Shown: positions 49,315 to 59,470, counted from the first letter of the stretch. The stretch: 64,000 nucleotides of DNA from a bacterium (GCA_037200965.1 JBBCGK010000001.1:224001-288000), one strand, 5' to 3'. The notes: generated by a model not told the origin, from the sequence alone. Made by a program: numbers and translations.

Positions 49315-50454
49315 ATGCAAGAAGAAAAGGTTGAGGCGAAGGCCCCAAAGCCTATCGCTCCGTTTGTCATAGACCCTAGGCACGCGATGGCCCCGTTTGC
49401 GGACGCCATCCCTACCCCGCCCTCGGCCGGGGACCTGGTCGAGGGAACGATCATCGCGCTTGCGCGCGGGCGTCTCTATATCGACCTGCCCCCGTTTGGC
49501 ACCGGCCTCATCTACGGACGCGAATATCTCAATGCCGCCGATGTACTTCGCAAGGCGAACGCGGGAGATACCATCACCGCGAAAGTCGTCGACCCCGCGG
49601 GCCGCGACGGATACATCGAACTCTCCCTTAAGGAGGCGCGCCAGGCCGCGATCTGGGGCGAGGCGGAGCAGGCCATCGCCGCGGGCACTATCTATAACCT
49701 CACAGTCGAGGACGCGAACAAGGGCGGCCTCATCCTTACGTGGCAGGGCATCCAGGGCTTCCTTCCCGCTTCCCAGCTCGCGAAGGAACACTATCCGCGC
49801 GTCACCGACGGCGACAAGGACAAGATCATCGGGGAACTCAAGAAGCTCGTCGGCGTCGCGCTTCCGGTTCGTGTCATCACCGCCGACGCCCGCGAGAACA
49901 AGCTCATCTTCTCCGAACGCACCGGAAGCGAGGACCAGGAGAAGGCGTCGCTCATCGACAAGTACCAGGTCGGCGACACGGTCGAGGGCGAGATCACGGG
50001 TACCGTCGACTTCGGCATCTTCGTCAGGATCGAGCAGGGGCTCGAGGGCCTCGTGCACATCAGCGAGCTCGACTGGGGCCTTGTCGAAGACCCGCGCGCG
50101 CTCTTTAAGGTCGGCGAGAAGGTGAAGGTGAAGATCATCGAGATCAAGGAAGGCAAGGTTTCCCTCTCGATCAAGGCGCTCAAGGAAAATCCGTGGAAAA
50201 CCGCGGGCGACCGGTACCAGAAGGGCCAGGAGATCTCGGGCGTCATCATCAAATACAACAAGCACGGCGCGCTTGCCTCGATCGAGGAAGGAATCGCGGG
50301 CCTCGTGCACATCAGCGAGTTCGAGAGCCCGCAGGAGCTGCGCGACAATCTCGAGCTTGGCAAGACCTATCCGTTCAAGATCACGCTTTTCGAGCCGAAG
50401 GACCAGCGCATGACGCTTGCGTTTGCGGGTACGAAGAAGGCAGTGAAGAAATAG
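49315..50454 (+). CDS. rpsA: 30S ribosomal protein S1 (four S1 domains)
   Basis: repeated S1 OB-fold motifs (GxV.G.I..I..FGIFV...GL.GLVHISE...). Confidence 0.85.
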   Translation: MQEEKVEAKAPKPIAPFVIDPRHAMAPFADAIPTPPSAGDLVEGTIIALARGRLYIDLPPFGTGLIYGREYLNAADVLRKANAGDTITAKVVDPAGRDGYIELSLKEARQAAIWGEAEQAIAAGTIYNLTVEDANKGGLILTWQGIQGFLPASQLAKEHYPRVTDGDKDKIIGELKKLVGVALPVRVITADARENKLIFSERTGSEDQEKASLIDKYQVGDTVEGEITGTVDFGIFVRIEQGLEGLVHISELDWGLVEDPRALFKVGEKVKVKIIEIKEGKVSLSIKALKENPWKTAGDRYQKGQEISGVIIKYNKHGALASIEEGIAGLVHISEFESPQELRDNLELGKTYPFKITLFEPKDQRMTLAFAGTKKAVKK

Positions 50455-50465
50455 GTTCGGGAAAA

Positions 50466-50506
50466 GAAAGCGCGAGGCACCCTTCGGGTGCCTCGCGCTT
50501 TCTTCG
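50466..50506. terminator. bidirectional intrinsic terminator between rpsA and pth
   Basis: AAAGCGCGAGGCACC-CTTC-GGGTGCCTCGCGCTTTCTTCGTTT. Confidence 0.55.
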
Positions 50507-50592
50507 TTTGCTCCAAAGAAGTCGAAGTGAGAAACGTGCAAGGAAATGGGGCGCCGGACTCTCGTCCGGCGCCATTTCTTATGTGGCGACCC

Positions 50593-51189
50593 CTATCTCG
50601 TATTCGCCTCCATCATCGCCTTCTCGATACCTTCCTCGGCGAACAGGTGCGCGACGAGCGCGGCTTTCTTGAGCGTTTTCTTGAGAAGCGCTTCCTCGGC
50701 GGGCTTAAATTTCCCTATCACATGCTTTATCACTTTCTCCTCGCCTGATACTTTTTTCGTCTGGTTCCTTTTTCCCTGCGCCGATATGCCGATCTTGAGC
50801 TGCGCGAAGCCTTCCGTTTTAAGCGCGCGCATGATGCTCTCGACGCCCTTGTGTCCCCCGCTCCCGCGGTTAAACGTCATCTTGAGAATGCCAAGCGGCA
50901 GATCGAGATCGTCCCGCAGGACCAGGAGCGACTCCGCCGCCTTCTTCGATTTCACGAGCGCCGCCGCGGTCTTTCCCGAGAGATTCACGAAGGTTTCCGG
51001 AAGCGCGAGAACAACCTTCTCTTTCCCTATCTTCCCTTCCGAGATAAGGGCTTGCGCGCCCTTCTTCAGCTCGAACGCGTCAAACCCTTCCGTTTTCGCG
51101 ACAAGCTCGACCGCCATCCTCCCGGCGTTATGCCGCGTCTTTGCATACTCCCCTCCCGGATTTCCGAGTCCCATGAGTATCGTCGCCAT
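50593..51189 (-). CDS. pth: peptidyl-tRNA hydrolase
   Basis: GLGNPG..Y..TRHNAG N-terminal signature. Confidence 0.9.
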   Translation of the reverse strand: MATILMGLGNPGGEYAKTRHNAGRMAVELVAKTEGFDAFELKKGAQALISEGKIGKEKVVLALPETFVNLSGKTAAALVKSKKAAESLLVLRDDLDLPLGILKMTFNRGSGGHKGVESIMRALKTEGFAQLKIGISAQGKRNQTKKVSGEEKVIKHVIGKFKPAEEALLKKTLKKAALVAHLFAEEGIEKAMMEANTR

Positions 51190-51291
51190 CAGGTGATTGT
51201 ATCACTCGCCGAGCGTTGACATCCTAGTGCCCTGCACCTACAGTCAAGGAAGAAATAGTCGGGCGCCGCCCGCATGCGAAGGATTTGAACC

Positions 51292-51678
51292 ATGTCCACC
51301 CATTTGTTGTCGGACGCCGACGCGACCGGTGCTCATAGGGCATACGAGAAGCTCCGGAGCATTCGTGACGCGATCTCGCCGCGCGTATCCCGGAGCCCGC
51401 ACGCAAGCTCTCTTTGTCTGATGCTCGAAGGTTTGCGGGCCGAGAACGGACACCTCCGCGAATTACAGCCGGGCGAAGTGGCCAATGCCTGGAGGCTCAG
51501 TCTCCTGCGCAAGCCGGACGGTTTGCCGCAACAGGTCGCGGTCTCCCTCACCGGCCTGTGCGACGGAAGCTGGAAAGCTAAGTGCTCTTCATCGGGTGCT
51601 CAGGCGAGGTTCAGCCCTGCCGAGGTCGCCGAGGCCGAGCATGCCTTCAAAGCCGCCGTCAGCGAAGCAATCGCATAA
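51292..51678 (+). CDS. hypothetical protein
   Basis: 128-aa ORF; overlaps start of the longer lepB-frame ORF. Confidence 0.25.
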   Translation: MSTHLLSDADATGAHRAYEKLRSIRDAISPRVSRSPHASSLCLMLEGLRAENGHLRELQPGEVANAWRLSLLRKPDGLPQQVAVSLTGLCDGSWKAKCSSSGAQARFSPAEVAEAEHAFKAAVSEAIA

Positions 51679-51775
51679 GCCCGTCGCGATCGTACGTCAG
51701 CGCCCCGTCAGAAACGACGGGGCGTTTGGCTTTGCGCGGAGCGAAAAACTTGCGCGCGGAAACGGCAAGCGTACA

Positions 51776-52336
51776 ATGCATGCAATGCGAGTTACCGGAG
51801 TCGTACGAGAAGTTGTCATCTTCGTCCTCCTGGCCGTCGTCATCGTTCTTCCGATCCGCTTTTTCATCGCGCAGCCTTTCGTCGTACAGGGTGAATCGAT
51901 GCATCCGACCTTCGAGAACGGCGACTATCTCATTATCGACGAGCTTTCCTATGATTTCAGCGCTCCCAGGCGCGGCGATGTCGTCGTCTTCCGCTATCCC
52001 GGGGATACTTCCGTCTTTTATATAAAGCGCATCATAGGCCTCCCCGGAGAGACCGTGCGGATCACCAAAGGCGTCGTGAACATCCAGCGCGCGGACGGAA
52101 GCGACCTCGCGCTTGAGAGTGAGCCGTACATTTCCGCCGAGGATGCCACCTATACTCTCTCAACAAGCCTCGGGCAGGGCGAGTATTTCGTCATGGGCGA
52201 CAACCGGCCGAATAGCTCCGACTCCCGCGTCTGGGGCACGCTTCCCGAGAAGGACATCATGGGCCGCGTATTCCTCCGGCTTCTTCCGGCAAGCGCGGTC
52301 GGAGCCTTTCCCGGCGCGGCAAGCGTTCCGCAATAA
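51776..52336 (+). CDS. lepB: signal peptidase I
   Basis: TM anchor, catalytic Ser box GESMHPT, box D/E GDNRPNSSDSR. Confidence 0.85.
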   Translation: MHAMRVTGVVREVVIFVLLAVVIVLPIRFFIAQPFVVQGESMHPTFENGDYLIIDELSYDFSAPRRGDVVVFRYPGDTSVFYIKRIIGLPGETVRITKGVVNIQRADGSDLALESEPYISAEDATYTLSTSLGQGEYFVMGDNRPNSSDSRVWGTLPEKDIMGRVFLRLLPASAVGAFPGAASVPQ

Positions 52337-53499
52337 TGTCCATGCCGACTTCTAAGGACTCGACTACCCTTAAGGCGGAAGACGTGCTTCGGAGGGCACA
52401 CGCCGTCGGCAACTACTACGGCTTCCTTCCGCTCGCCTCGCTCACCGCGATGAAGCGCGGCGGCAATACGAAGCTTCCGTTCCCCGATACGCTCCAGTTA
52501 AATTCGCTCGACGCGACCGCGCAGATCGTCGCAACGTTTTTAAAGCAAGTGCGCGACGGCGGACTTATTCCCTCAAGCACGCAACCGCTTTTCGTCTGGC
52601 ATACGAACGCGGCAGCCGGGCGTCCCGCCCCCAAGCAGCTTCTTATACAGTTCCACGCAATCGGCGCCGACCGGGCGATCGCCGACGCGGTACTTATCCG
52701 CGCGGTGCGCGCGCTCGCGGCGGATATCCATAAAGGCGAGCTTTTGCTTCGCATCAACAGCATGGGCGACCGCGAAACCCGGAACCGCTTCAGCCGGGAA
52801 CTCGGTGTCTTCTTCAGGAAGCGCGGCGCCGCGCTCCCGACGGACTGCGTTGACTGCGCGAAGCGCGACGTGTTCGAGGCGGCGGAGCTTCTGCTTGACA
52901 GCGAACACGAAGGCGATCTTCCGACGCCGACCGATCATCTCTCCGAAGCGAGCCGCAAGCGCTTCGAGGACCTCCTCGAATACCTCGAAGCGACCGAAAC
53001 GCCCTATGACCTCGCGCCGAACCTCCTTTCCCGCGGCGCCGCGTGGTCCGAGACGTGCTTTGAGGTGCGTGCGGGCGGGCATCCGGTCGCCTGGGGTTCG
53101 CGCTATACCGACCTCACCAGGCATTTCTTCAAGGGCCAGGTTCCGGCAGTCGGTGCGGTGCTTAAAGTGAACGTGCAGGGCGGCACGACGCTTCCGGCAG
53201 CGAAAGTATCCGGCCAGCCCCGTTTCGTTTTCGTACACATCGGCGAGGAAGCCAAGCGCGCGAGCATGCTCATCGCCGACACGCTTCGCCATACGCGCAT
53301 CCCGCTCATGCAGTCGATCGGCGTCGAGTCCCTCACCGAGCAGATGCGCCTCGCGGAGCTGCTCAATCCCCGCTATCTCCTCATCATGGGCCGCAAGGAA
53401 GCGCTCGACCACTCGGTTACGCTTCGGGAGCGTTCGACCCATACTGAAACCTCGATTCCCGTCGCATCCTTAGTCGAGCGGTTGCGGGCGGTGGCGTAA
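52336..53499 (+). CDS. class II aminoacyl-tRNA-synthetase-like protein of the HisRS/HisZ family (divergent)
   Basis: motif-3-like WGSRYTDL...PAVGAVL (compare HisRS GGRYDGL...PAVGFA) and C-terminal anticodon-binding-like domain (PRFVFVHIGEEA...LLIMGRKE); N-terminal catalytic motifs poorly conserved. Confidence 0.5.
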   Translation: MSMPTSKDSTTLKAEDVLRRAHAVGNYYGFLPLASLTAMKRGGNTKLPFPDTLQLNSLDATAQIVATFLKQVRDGGLIPSSTQPLFVWHTNAAAGRPAPKQLLIQFHAIGADRAIADAVLIRAVRALAADIHKGELLLRINSMGDRETRNRFSRELGVFFRKRGAALPTDCVDCAKRDVFEAAELLLDSEHEGDLPTPTDHLSEASRKRFEDLLEYLEATETPYDLAPNLLSRGAAWSETCFEVRAGGHPVAWGSRYTDLTRHFFKGQVPAVGAVLKVNVQGGTTLPAAKVSGQPRFVFVHIGEEAKRASMLIADTLRHTRIPLMQSIGVESLTEQMRLAELLNPRYLLIMGRKEALDHSVTLRERSTHTETSIPVASLVERLRAVA

Positions 53500-53584
53500 G
53501 TGGGGGACAAAACTGGAATACCATGATATAATGGGAGTATTGCCGCCTCATATTCCTCTCATCTGAAAACGTTATACTATTCGC

Positions 53585-53761
53585 ATGAACATCGATTCCA
53601 TAACGAAAGAGCATGAAAATAAGTGGATCGCGCTGTCCCCCGATCATAGCGAGGTGCTCGAATCCGCCGCCGACCTCATGGACCTGAAAGCCAAAGTCGG
53701 GGAGCGGGATGTCGTATACCTGAAAGTGCCCGCTTCCGGGACGTACTTCGCCTTCGCATAA
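53585..53761 (+). CDS. small protein (58 aa), DUF5678-like, upstream partner of retropepsin-like protease
   Basis: MNIDSITKEHENKWIALSPDHSEVLESAADLMDLKAKVGERDVVYLKVPASGTYFAFA; stop 1 nt before next ATG; below ORF-track cutoff. Confidence 0.3.
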   Translation: MNIDSITKEHENKWIALSPDHSEVLESAADLMDLKAKVGERDVVYLKVPASGTYFAFA

Positions 53762-53762
53762 T

Positions 53763-54173
53763 ATGACGAAATGGTATCCGTATACTCCCTTCTGGCAGGG
53801 AGATTATATGGTAAAGAAGCCGCTCATCGAAGTGGAGCTTTTTCATAACGGCCAGTCAATGAAACAGATGGCTCTGCTCGACTCCGGAGCGGATATCACC
53901 ACGGTCAATGCTGAAATAGCCGCATACCTCGGCATCGATTTGAAAGACTGTGATGAGAAAGTTATAGCGGGAGTTGTCGGACAGCCGACGCCCGCCTATC
54001 TAACCGAAATGGACATGAGCGTTTCCGGCTTCCCCGAAACCGTGCGGCTCCGCCTGCTTTTCGTTCCCGGTCTCAAGATGAATATCCTGCTCGGACAAGA
54101 GGGCTTCTTCGACGCGTTCCGCGTTTCGTTTGCGAAATACGAAGATGCGATCGAGCTGTCGCATGGGCACTAA
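53763..54173 (+). CDS. retropepsin-like aspartic endopeptidase (clan AA)
   Basis: LLDSGADITTV catalytic DSGA motif, size about 120-136 aa. Confidence 0.6.
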   Translation: MTKWYPYTPFWQGDYMVKKPLIEVELFHNGQSMKQMALLDSGADITTVNAEIAAYLGIDLKDCDEKVIAGVVGQPTPAYLTEMDMSVSGFPETVRLRLLFVPGLKMNILLGQEGFFDAFRVSFAKYEDAIELSHGH

Positions 54174-54283
54174 GTCTTCCGCCTGCCAGATCTCCACGGA
54201 CGGCGGCGCAGCCTTTCGCGCTTTGTAGGGAAATGCTATAACCAGCATGGCCGCGAACCATCGCGGAGAAAGGAAGGTCTTTT

Positions 54284-54754
54284 ATGGACAGGCTCCGTTC
54301 ATTCTGTTTCTTCACGGGCATTGGCATCGCTGTGACGCTCGTCGATGCCGGAACATTCTATCTGCTCACCGACCGCTTCGGTTGGGAGAAATATCTCGCG
54401 GCGCTCGCGATTCTCTCCTTGTCCGGCGCGATCGTCGGCATGATTCGGGGCGTTCTCGACCGTGATGGCGCTTCGGGCTTGGTGGCAGGACTCCTTGCCG
54501 TCATCGCCCCGGCCTGGCTGGCCTGGATGCTTCTTGCTCCAAAGACCGACGCGTTACGGGAACCTCCGATTGGAGAACGCGAAGCGATCATCGCATCGTT
54601 CGCGTTCTACCGTTTTGCATTCTATGCGCTTGCCGTGCTCAGTAGCACCCCCTGGTCCATCGCGCTCCTGTTCTCCCTCGGCACGCTCGTCGCCTTCGTG
54701 CTCATCGCAAGCTTCATATTGAAGGTGGCGGCGCAGGAAACCGCGAAGCGATGA
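54284..54754 (+). CDS. hypothetical integral membrane protein
   Basis: four predicted TM helices. Confidence 0.4.
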   Translation: MDRLRSFCFFTGIGIAVTLVDAGTFYLLTDRFGWEKYLAALAILSLSGAIVGMIRGVLDRDGASGLVAGLLAVIAPAWLAWMLLAPKTDALREPPIGEREAIIASFAFYRFAFYALAVLSSTPWSIALLFSLGTLVAFVLIASFILKVAAQETAKR

Positions 54755-54790
54755 GTGGGATACGTACGATCGAAAACCGGCGCGTTCGGC

Positions 54791-54827
54791 GGCGGGTTCC
54801 CCTCGGAACCCGCCGTTATCTTTTTTT
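54791..54827 (+). terminator. intrinsic terminator
   Basis: GGCGGGTTCC-CCTC-GGAACCCGCC then GTTATCTTTTTTT. Confidence 0.6.
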
Positions 54828-54828
54828 A

Positions 54829-55851
54829 GTGAGTTCAACAAGTAAAAGCACCACCTTCCATTAATACTGGAGGCATATGGCGCATATGAGCATCGAGGAA
54901 CGCGAGCTGATACAGAAAGGGCTGTGGGAGAAGAAATCGGTGCGAGAGATCGCCCGGGAGCTCAGACGTCCGCATTCGACCGTGAGCAAGGAGATCCGAC
55001 GGAATCTCCCGCCCGAGCGGCGGGTATATACGCCCCGTCTCGCCAACGAACGAGCGCTCGAGAAACGGAAGTCCCGGGGACGGCAATCGCGCCTCAAGAG
55101 TCCCGAGCTCGGGGAGTACGTGGTCGAACACCTGAAGCTCGGCTGGTCTCCCGAGCAGATATCCAGCACCGCCCCAGAGCGAATATCGCACGAAGCCATA
55201 TACCAGTATGTATACGCACAGATACATCGCAAGGGATATGGGCATCCAAAGCCCGGGAAGGAAGACCTGCGCCCATACCTGGCGCGGCGTCACAAGCGAC
55301 GGCAGAAGATGGGGCACCGCAAATCACAAAGAGTCCTGCGCCCAACGGGCCCGAGCATTGATGAACGCCCGCTCGTTGTCGAGAAACGCACACGCCTGGG
55401 CGACTGGGAGGGCGACAGTATCGAAGGCAAGAACCATGGGCCCGGCCTCAACTCCCTGGTCGATCGCGGGAGCGGACTCCTCCTCTTGTCGAAGCTCGAG
55501 GCCAAAGATGCGGACGCGACCTGCGCAGCGGTCGCCCGCAGGCTCGCGGGGATGTGCGCCCACACCCTCACCCTCGACAACGGGCCCGAGAACCGTCCAT
55601 GGCAGGAACTTGAGACGGCAACGGGAGCCCGGGTGTACTTCGCCCACCCGTATCACTCCTGGGAGCGCGGCTCAAACGAGAACACTAATGGCTTGGTACG
55701 TCGTTTCTTCCCGAAAGGTACCGACTTCAGCCTCGTCTCCGACGAGACTGTGGCGGCAGTGGAGTATGTTCTCAATACGAGGCCTCGGAAACGGCTCGGG
55801 TATCGGACACCATTAGAAGTCTGGGGTGGTGCTTTGAGAGGTTGAATTCAC
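54829..55851 (+). mobile_element. IS30-family insertion sequence (complete)
   Basis: imperfect terminal inverted repeats GTGAGTTCAAC (left) / GTGAATTCAAC (right, reverse complement) bracketing a single IS30 transposase gene; transposase stop lies in the right IR. Confidence 0.75.
54877..55845 (+). CDS. IS30-family transposase
   Basis: N-terminal HTH, DDE region GDWEGDSI ... DNGPE ... YFAHPYHSWERGSNENTNGLVRRFFPKGTDFS. Confidence 0.9.
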   Translation: MAHMSIEERELIQKGLWEKKSVREIARELRRPHSTVSKEIRRNLPPERRVYTPRLANERALEKRKSRGRQSRLKSPELGEYVVEHLKLGWSPEQISSTAPERISHEAIYQYVYAQIHRKGYGHPKPGKEDLRPYLARRHKRRQKMGHRKSQRVLRPTGPSIDERPLVVEKRTRLGDWEGDSIEGKNHGPGLNSLVDRGSGLLLLSKLEAKDADATCAAVARRLAGMCAHTLTLDNGPENRPWQELETATGARVYFAHPYHSWERGSNENTNGLVRRFFPKGTDFSLVSDETVAAVEYVLNTRPRKRLGYRTPLEVWGGALRG

Positions 55852-55901
55852 CTTTATATGAGTAGACAAAAGAACGCCGGGTATGGTAAGGTAGCCCCCA
55901 C

Positions 55902-56165
55902 ATGGTCAACGCAACACGAGTCGAAGTGGTGAAGGGAAAGAACGAGAGTACGACCTCCCTCATCCGCCGTTTCTCCCGCCGCGCGCAGGGGCTTAACATC
56001 GTGCGCGGACTCCGGAAGCTCCGCTACTACGAGCGCACCAAGTCGAAGAACGTGCAGCACAAGCGCGCGATGGTTTCGAAGGCTCGCCGCGAAAACTATA
56101 ACGAGCTCGTGAAGCTCGGCAAGATCGACCCGGCCGCGGAGAAGCTCGCGCGCAGGAAGCGCTAG
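55902..56165 (+). CDS. rpsU: 30S ribosomal protein S21
   Basis: small basic protein IRRFSRRAQ...RRENYNELVK resembling S21. Confidence 0.65.
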   Translation: MVNATRVEVVKGKNESTTSLIRRFSRRAQGLNIVRGLRKLRYYERTKSKNVQHKRAMVSKARRENYNELVKLGKIDPAAEKLARRKR

Positions 56166-56172
56166 TTCCCGG

Positions 56173-56637
56173 ATGGGAAAGTTCGCAGTCACCAACAAGA
56201 CCCGGCGTCCCGCGCCGGTTTTGCCTTTCCTGAAGGTCGCGAAAGCAGTGCTGCCCTCTTTCGAGATTTCGCTCGCCTTCGTCGGCGAAAGCGAAGCGAG
56301 AAAAATAAATGCCGCGACGCGGGGAAAGTCATACGTTCCGAACGTCCTTTCCTATGCTGCGGGTCCCGCAAGCGGCGAGATCATCATCTGCCTTCCGGAA
56401 GCGAAACGGCAAGCGCCGTCGTACGGCATGTTGCTTCCGACATTCATCCTGTTCCTCTTTATCCACGGGCTGCTGCATTTGGAAGGACGGCGTCACGGGA
56501 CTACAATGGAGCGGTACGAGCAAGAGCTCCTCGCGCGGTTCGCGAAAGGAGTCAGGAGTTCGGCATCCCTTCATGAAACGACGCATCGCGACCGGCATCG
56601 ACATCGGCACCTACCAGGTAAAGGTGGTGGTCGTTGA
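56173..56637 (+). CDS. ybeY: rRNA maturation endoribonuclease YbeY
   Basis: HGLLHLEGRRHG metal-binding H3xH5xH-like motif; overlaps ftsA start, so the C-terminus may be shorter. Confidence 0.7.
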   Translation: MGKFAVTNKTRRPAPVLPFLKVAKAVLPSFEISLAFVGESEARKINAATRGKSYVPNVLSYAAGPASGEIIICLPEAKRQAPSYGMLLPTFILFLFIHGLLHLEGRRHGTTMERYEQELLARFAKGVRSSASLHETTHRDRHRHRHLPGKGGGR

Positions 56638-57742
56638 GGCTGTCGAAGGCCCGGGCGGCTCCCTCACTCCTCGCATCATCGGCACGGGACTTGCCGAATC
56701 AAAAGGACTCCGGCATGGCTATATCGTAAATAAGGAGGACGTGGCGGAAAGCGTGCTTATCGCCAAGGCCCAGGCCGAAGCGACATCGAGAATGCCTATA
56801 AAAAGCGGGTTCCTCGCGATCGGCGGGGTTTCGCTTGACGAGACGAGGGCATCCGGGGAAACGATCATCTCGCGCGCGGACCAGGAAGTGACCGAGCTTG
56901 ATGTCGAGAAGACAATTGCGTCTGCGCGATCGGCGGCGTCCCCGGGCTTTCTCAACCGCCGCGTGCTCCACGAGATACCGCTCGAATACCGCATCGACGG
57001 GGCGAAGGTCCTTGGCGAGCCGATCGGAATGAAGGGCACCCGGCTCGAAGCGGATTATCTTTTCATAACCGCGCTCGCCCAGCATGCGGACAGCCTCGTC
57101 GCCGCGGTCGAGGATACCGATATCGAGATCATCGACCAGATGGCTTCCCCGCTCGCGGGCTCGTACGTGACTTTGACCAAGGATCAGAAGATGAAAGGCT
57201 GCGTTCTCGCGAACATCGGGGCCGAAACCGTTTCCATCGTCATCTACGATGAGGGCGTCCCGGTCTCCCTCAAAGTGTTCCCCGTCGGCTCGACCAATAT
57301 CACCGACGACATCGCGCTCCATTTCAAAATCGCGCTCGAGGACGCGGAGCGCCTCAAGCTCGGGAAGCTCGGCGGCGCGATGTATCCCCGAAAGAAAGTG
57401 GATGATCTTATCAGCGTGCGTTTCGCGCACATGTTCAGCCTCGTCGACAAGCATCTCAAAGCGACGGGGCGAAGAGGTCCCCTTCCCGCGGGCATCGTCC
57501 TCACCGGCGGCGGCTCGGGCTCGGGTACCATAAGCGACATCGCGAAGCACTCGCTCAACCTCCCGGTGCGCATAGCCGAGACGCGCATGAGCGCGGACGC
57601 GAAAGTGCGCGACGCGACCTGGGCCGTCGCCTACGGCCTCGCCCTCTGGGGCCTTACGGGCGACACGGAAGTCGCGAAGAAGCCCGCGTTCCAAAAACTT
57701 TCGGCATCGCTTGGAAAGCTTCTCGGGCAGTTCATGCCATAA
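56573..57742 (+). CDS. ftsA: cell division protein FtsA
   Basis: actin-fold ATPase pattern (GIDIGTYQVKVVV..., DIG motifs), upstream of ftsZ. Confidence 0.85.
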   Translation: MKRRIATGIDIGTYQVKVVVVEAVEGPGGSLTPRIIGTGLAESKGLRHGYIVNKEDVAESVLIAKAQAEATSRMPIKSGFLAIGGVSLDETRASGETIISRADQEVTELDVEKTIASARSAASPGFLNRRVLHEIPLEYRIDGAKVLGEPIGMKGTRLEADYLFITALAQHADSLVAAVEDTDIEIIDQMASPLAGSYVTLTKDQKMKGCVLANIGAETVSIVIYDEGVPVSLKVFPVGSTNITDDIALHFKIALEDAERLKLGKLGGAMYPRKKVDDLISVRFAHMFSLVDKHLKATGRRGPLPAGIVLTGGGSGSGTISDIAKHSLNLPVRIAETRMSADAKVRDATWAVAYGLALWGLTGDTEVAKKPAFQKLSASLGKLLGQFMP

Positions 57743-57796
57743 GGCAGCACGGGAGCGGATTGTGTCAAATTTGACGCTTTCGGTGCGCTCTGTATC

Positions 57797-59074
57797 ATGA
57801 GCCGCAAGCCTTATATTTCTCATATGTCCAAACGCGTCGAACCCGAGATCGAAACCTTCGCCCGCATCCGCGTCATCGGCGTCGGAGGTTCCGGCAACAA
57901 CGCCGTGAACCACATGATCAACTCCAAGGTGCGCGGCGTGGAATTCATCGCCGTCAACACCGACGCGCAGGATCTGCACCGCTCGCTCGCCAAGCGCAAG
58001 ATCCACATCGGCAAGAACCTCACGAGAGGCCTCGGTGCCGGCATGAATCCGGATCTCGGCAAGCGCGCGGCTGAAGAGACGCGCCAGGAAATCCAGGAGG
58101 CGCTCCAGGGTTCCGACATGGTCTTCATCACCTGCGGCATGGGCGGAGGCACGGGCACCGGAAGCGCGCCGATCGTCGCGAAGATCGCGAAGGAGATCGG
58201 CGCGCTCACGGTCGCGGTCGTCACGCGCCCGTTCGGCTTCGAGGGAGCGCAGCGCCGCGACATCGCCGACCACGGCCTCGCGGAACTTAAGAAGGAGGTG
58301 GACGCGTACATCGTGATCCCGAACGACAAGCTCCTTTCGATCGTCGAGGCGAACACGTCCGCGAAGAACGCGTTCGCGCTCGCCGACGAAATCCTTCGCC
58401 AGGCGGTCGAGGGCGTCTCCGACATCATCACGACTCCGGGCGAGATCAACACCGACTTCAACGACATCAAGGCGATCATGGAGGGTGCGGGTCCCGCGCT
58501 CATGGGCATCGGCGTCGCCGACGGCGACAAGCGCGCATCGGAAGCCGCCTCGAAGGCCGTCAATTCCCCGCTTCTCGACATTTCCATAAACGGGGCGAAG
58601 GGTATCCTCTTCGTGGTTGCGGGCTCGGACGATCTCGGCATCCTCGAAGTGCAGGAGGCCGCGAAGGTCATCAACGAGTCGGTTGATAAGAATGCCAAGG
58701 TGATCTTCGGCATGATGCGGGACGAGAAGCTCAAGAAAGGCCAGATCCGCATCATCGTCATCGCGACTGGCTTCCCGGAAGGCATGCTCGAGACGAGAAC
58801 GGCAAGCCCCGCCGAGCGCTCGCTCTTCTCCCTTCCGGCGGAGCGCCAGCAGGAGGAACGCGGCAAGATTTATAACGACCTCGCAACCCGGAAGGCCAAG
58901 GAGCCGGAAGCTGAGGAGGCGCAACCGGCCCCCGCTCCCGCGCGCAAGGAAAAGGAGGAACCGATCGTCACCGCTACTCCTTCAAAGCGCCAGGAGATTC
59001 CCGAGCCCGTACCGGACGAGAACGACGAGGCCTGGGGCGCGATCCCGAGCTTTTTGAGAAGGCATAAGAAATAG
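57797..59074 (+). CDS. ftsZ: cell division protein FtsZ
   Basis: tubulin signature GGGTGTG ([15 protein letters not shown]), T7 loop; start may be Met10 at 57824. Confidence 0.9.
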   Translation: MSRKPYISHMSKRVEPEIETFARIRVIGVGGSGNNAVNHMINSKVRGVEFIAVNTDAQDLHRSLAKRKIHIGKNLTRGLGAGMNPDLGKRAAEETRQEIQEALQGSDMVFITCGMGGGTGTGSAPIVAKIAKEIGALTVAVVTRPFGFEGAQRRDIADHGLAELKKEVDAYIVIPNDKLLSIVEANTSAKNAFALADEILRQAVEGVSDIITTPGEINTDFNDIKAIMEGAGPALMGIGVADGDKRASEAASKAVNSPLLDISINGAKGILFVVAGSDDLGILEVQEAAKVINESVDKNAKVIFGMMRDEKLKKGQIRIIVIATGFPEGMLETRTASPAERSLFSLPAERQQEERGKIYNDLATRKAKEPEAEEAQPAPAPARKEKEEPIVTATPSKRQEIPEPVPDENDEAWGAIPSFLRRHKK

Positions 59075-59131
59075 AGTGGTGTTTCTTCGGAGTACACCCA
59101 AAAGTTGAAAACACTACAGGCTCCCCGCGCA

Positions 59132-59470
59132 TCACGGTGCGGGGAGCCTGGTTCCGAAAGAAATGTGAAATTCGGCGTTTCTCGCCGCTCGGGCAATGGC
59201 GAGTTTCGCTTTTTGCATATCGTCGGTAAAGACTCTGATTTCCTGATGAACGGAAGGTCCACGGACAGAAAGAAGTATGTTGCCCTTCTCGTCGATGATT
59301 TTTACGGCGTTCCTGCCGGTAGATGTTTTGCCTGCCGTGATGAAACCAGGGGAAATTTTCGTAACCGACTTTTCCTTGATTACGTCCGGCAAGAACCTCC
59401 ATGCGGCTTCGATGACGGTTGGGTGGTTGCCGCCGAGCTTACCACCCCACCTCCTCTTTGTATGTGACAT
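59132..59470 (-). CDS. hypothetical protein
   Basis: 112-aa ORF. Confidence 0.3.
   Translation of the reverse strand: MSHTKRRWGGKLGGNHPTVIEAAWRFLPDVIKEKSVTKISPGFITAGKTSTGRNAVKIIDEKGNILLSVRGPSVHQEIRVFTDDMQKAKLAIARAARNAEFHISFGTRLPAP

Noticed and set aside
49171-50541. 456-aa minus-strand ORF
   Set aside because: Antisense to rpsA with its four S1 domains.
56699-58924. 741-aa and 348-aa minus-strand ORFs
   Set aside because: Antisense to ftsA/ftsZ, which carry unambiguous actin-fold and tubulin signatures.
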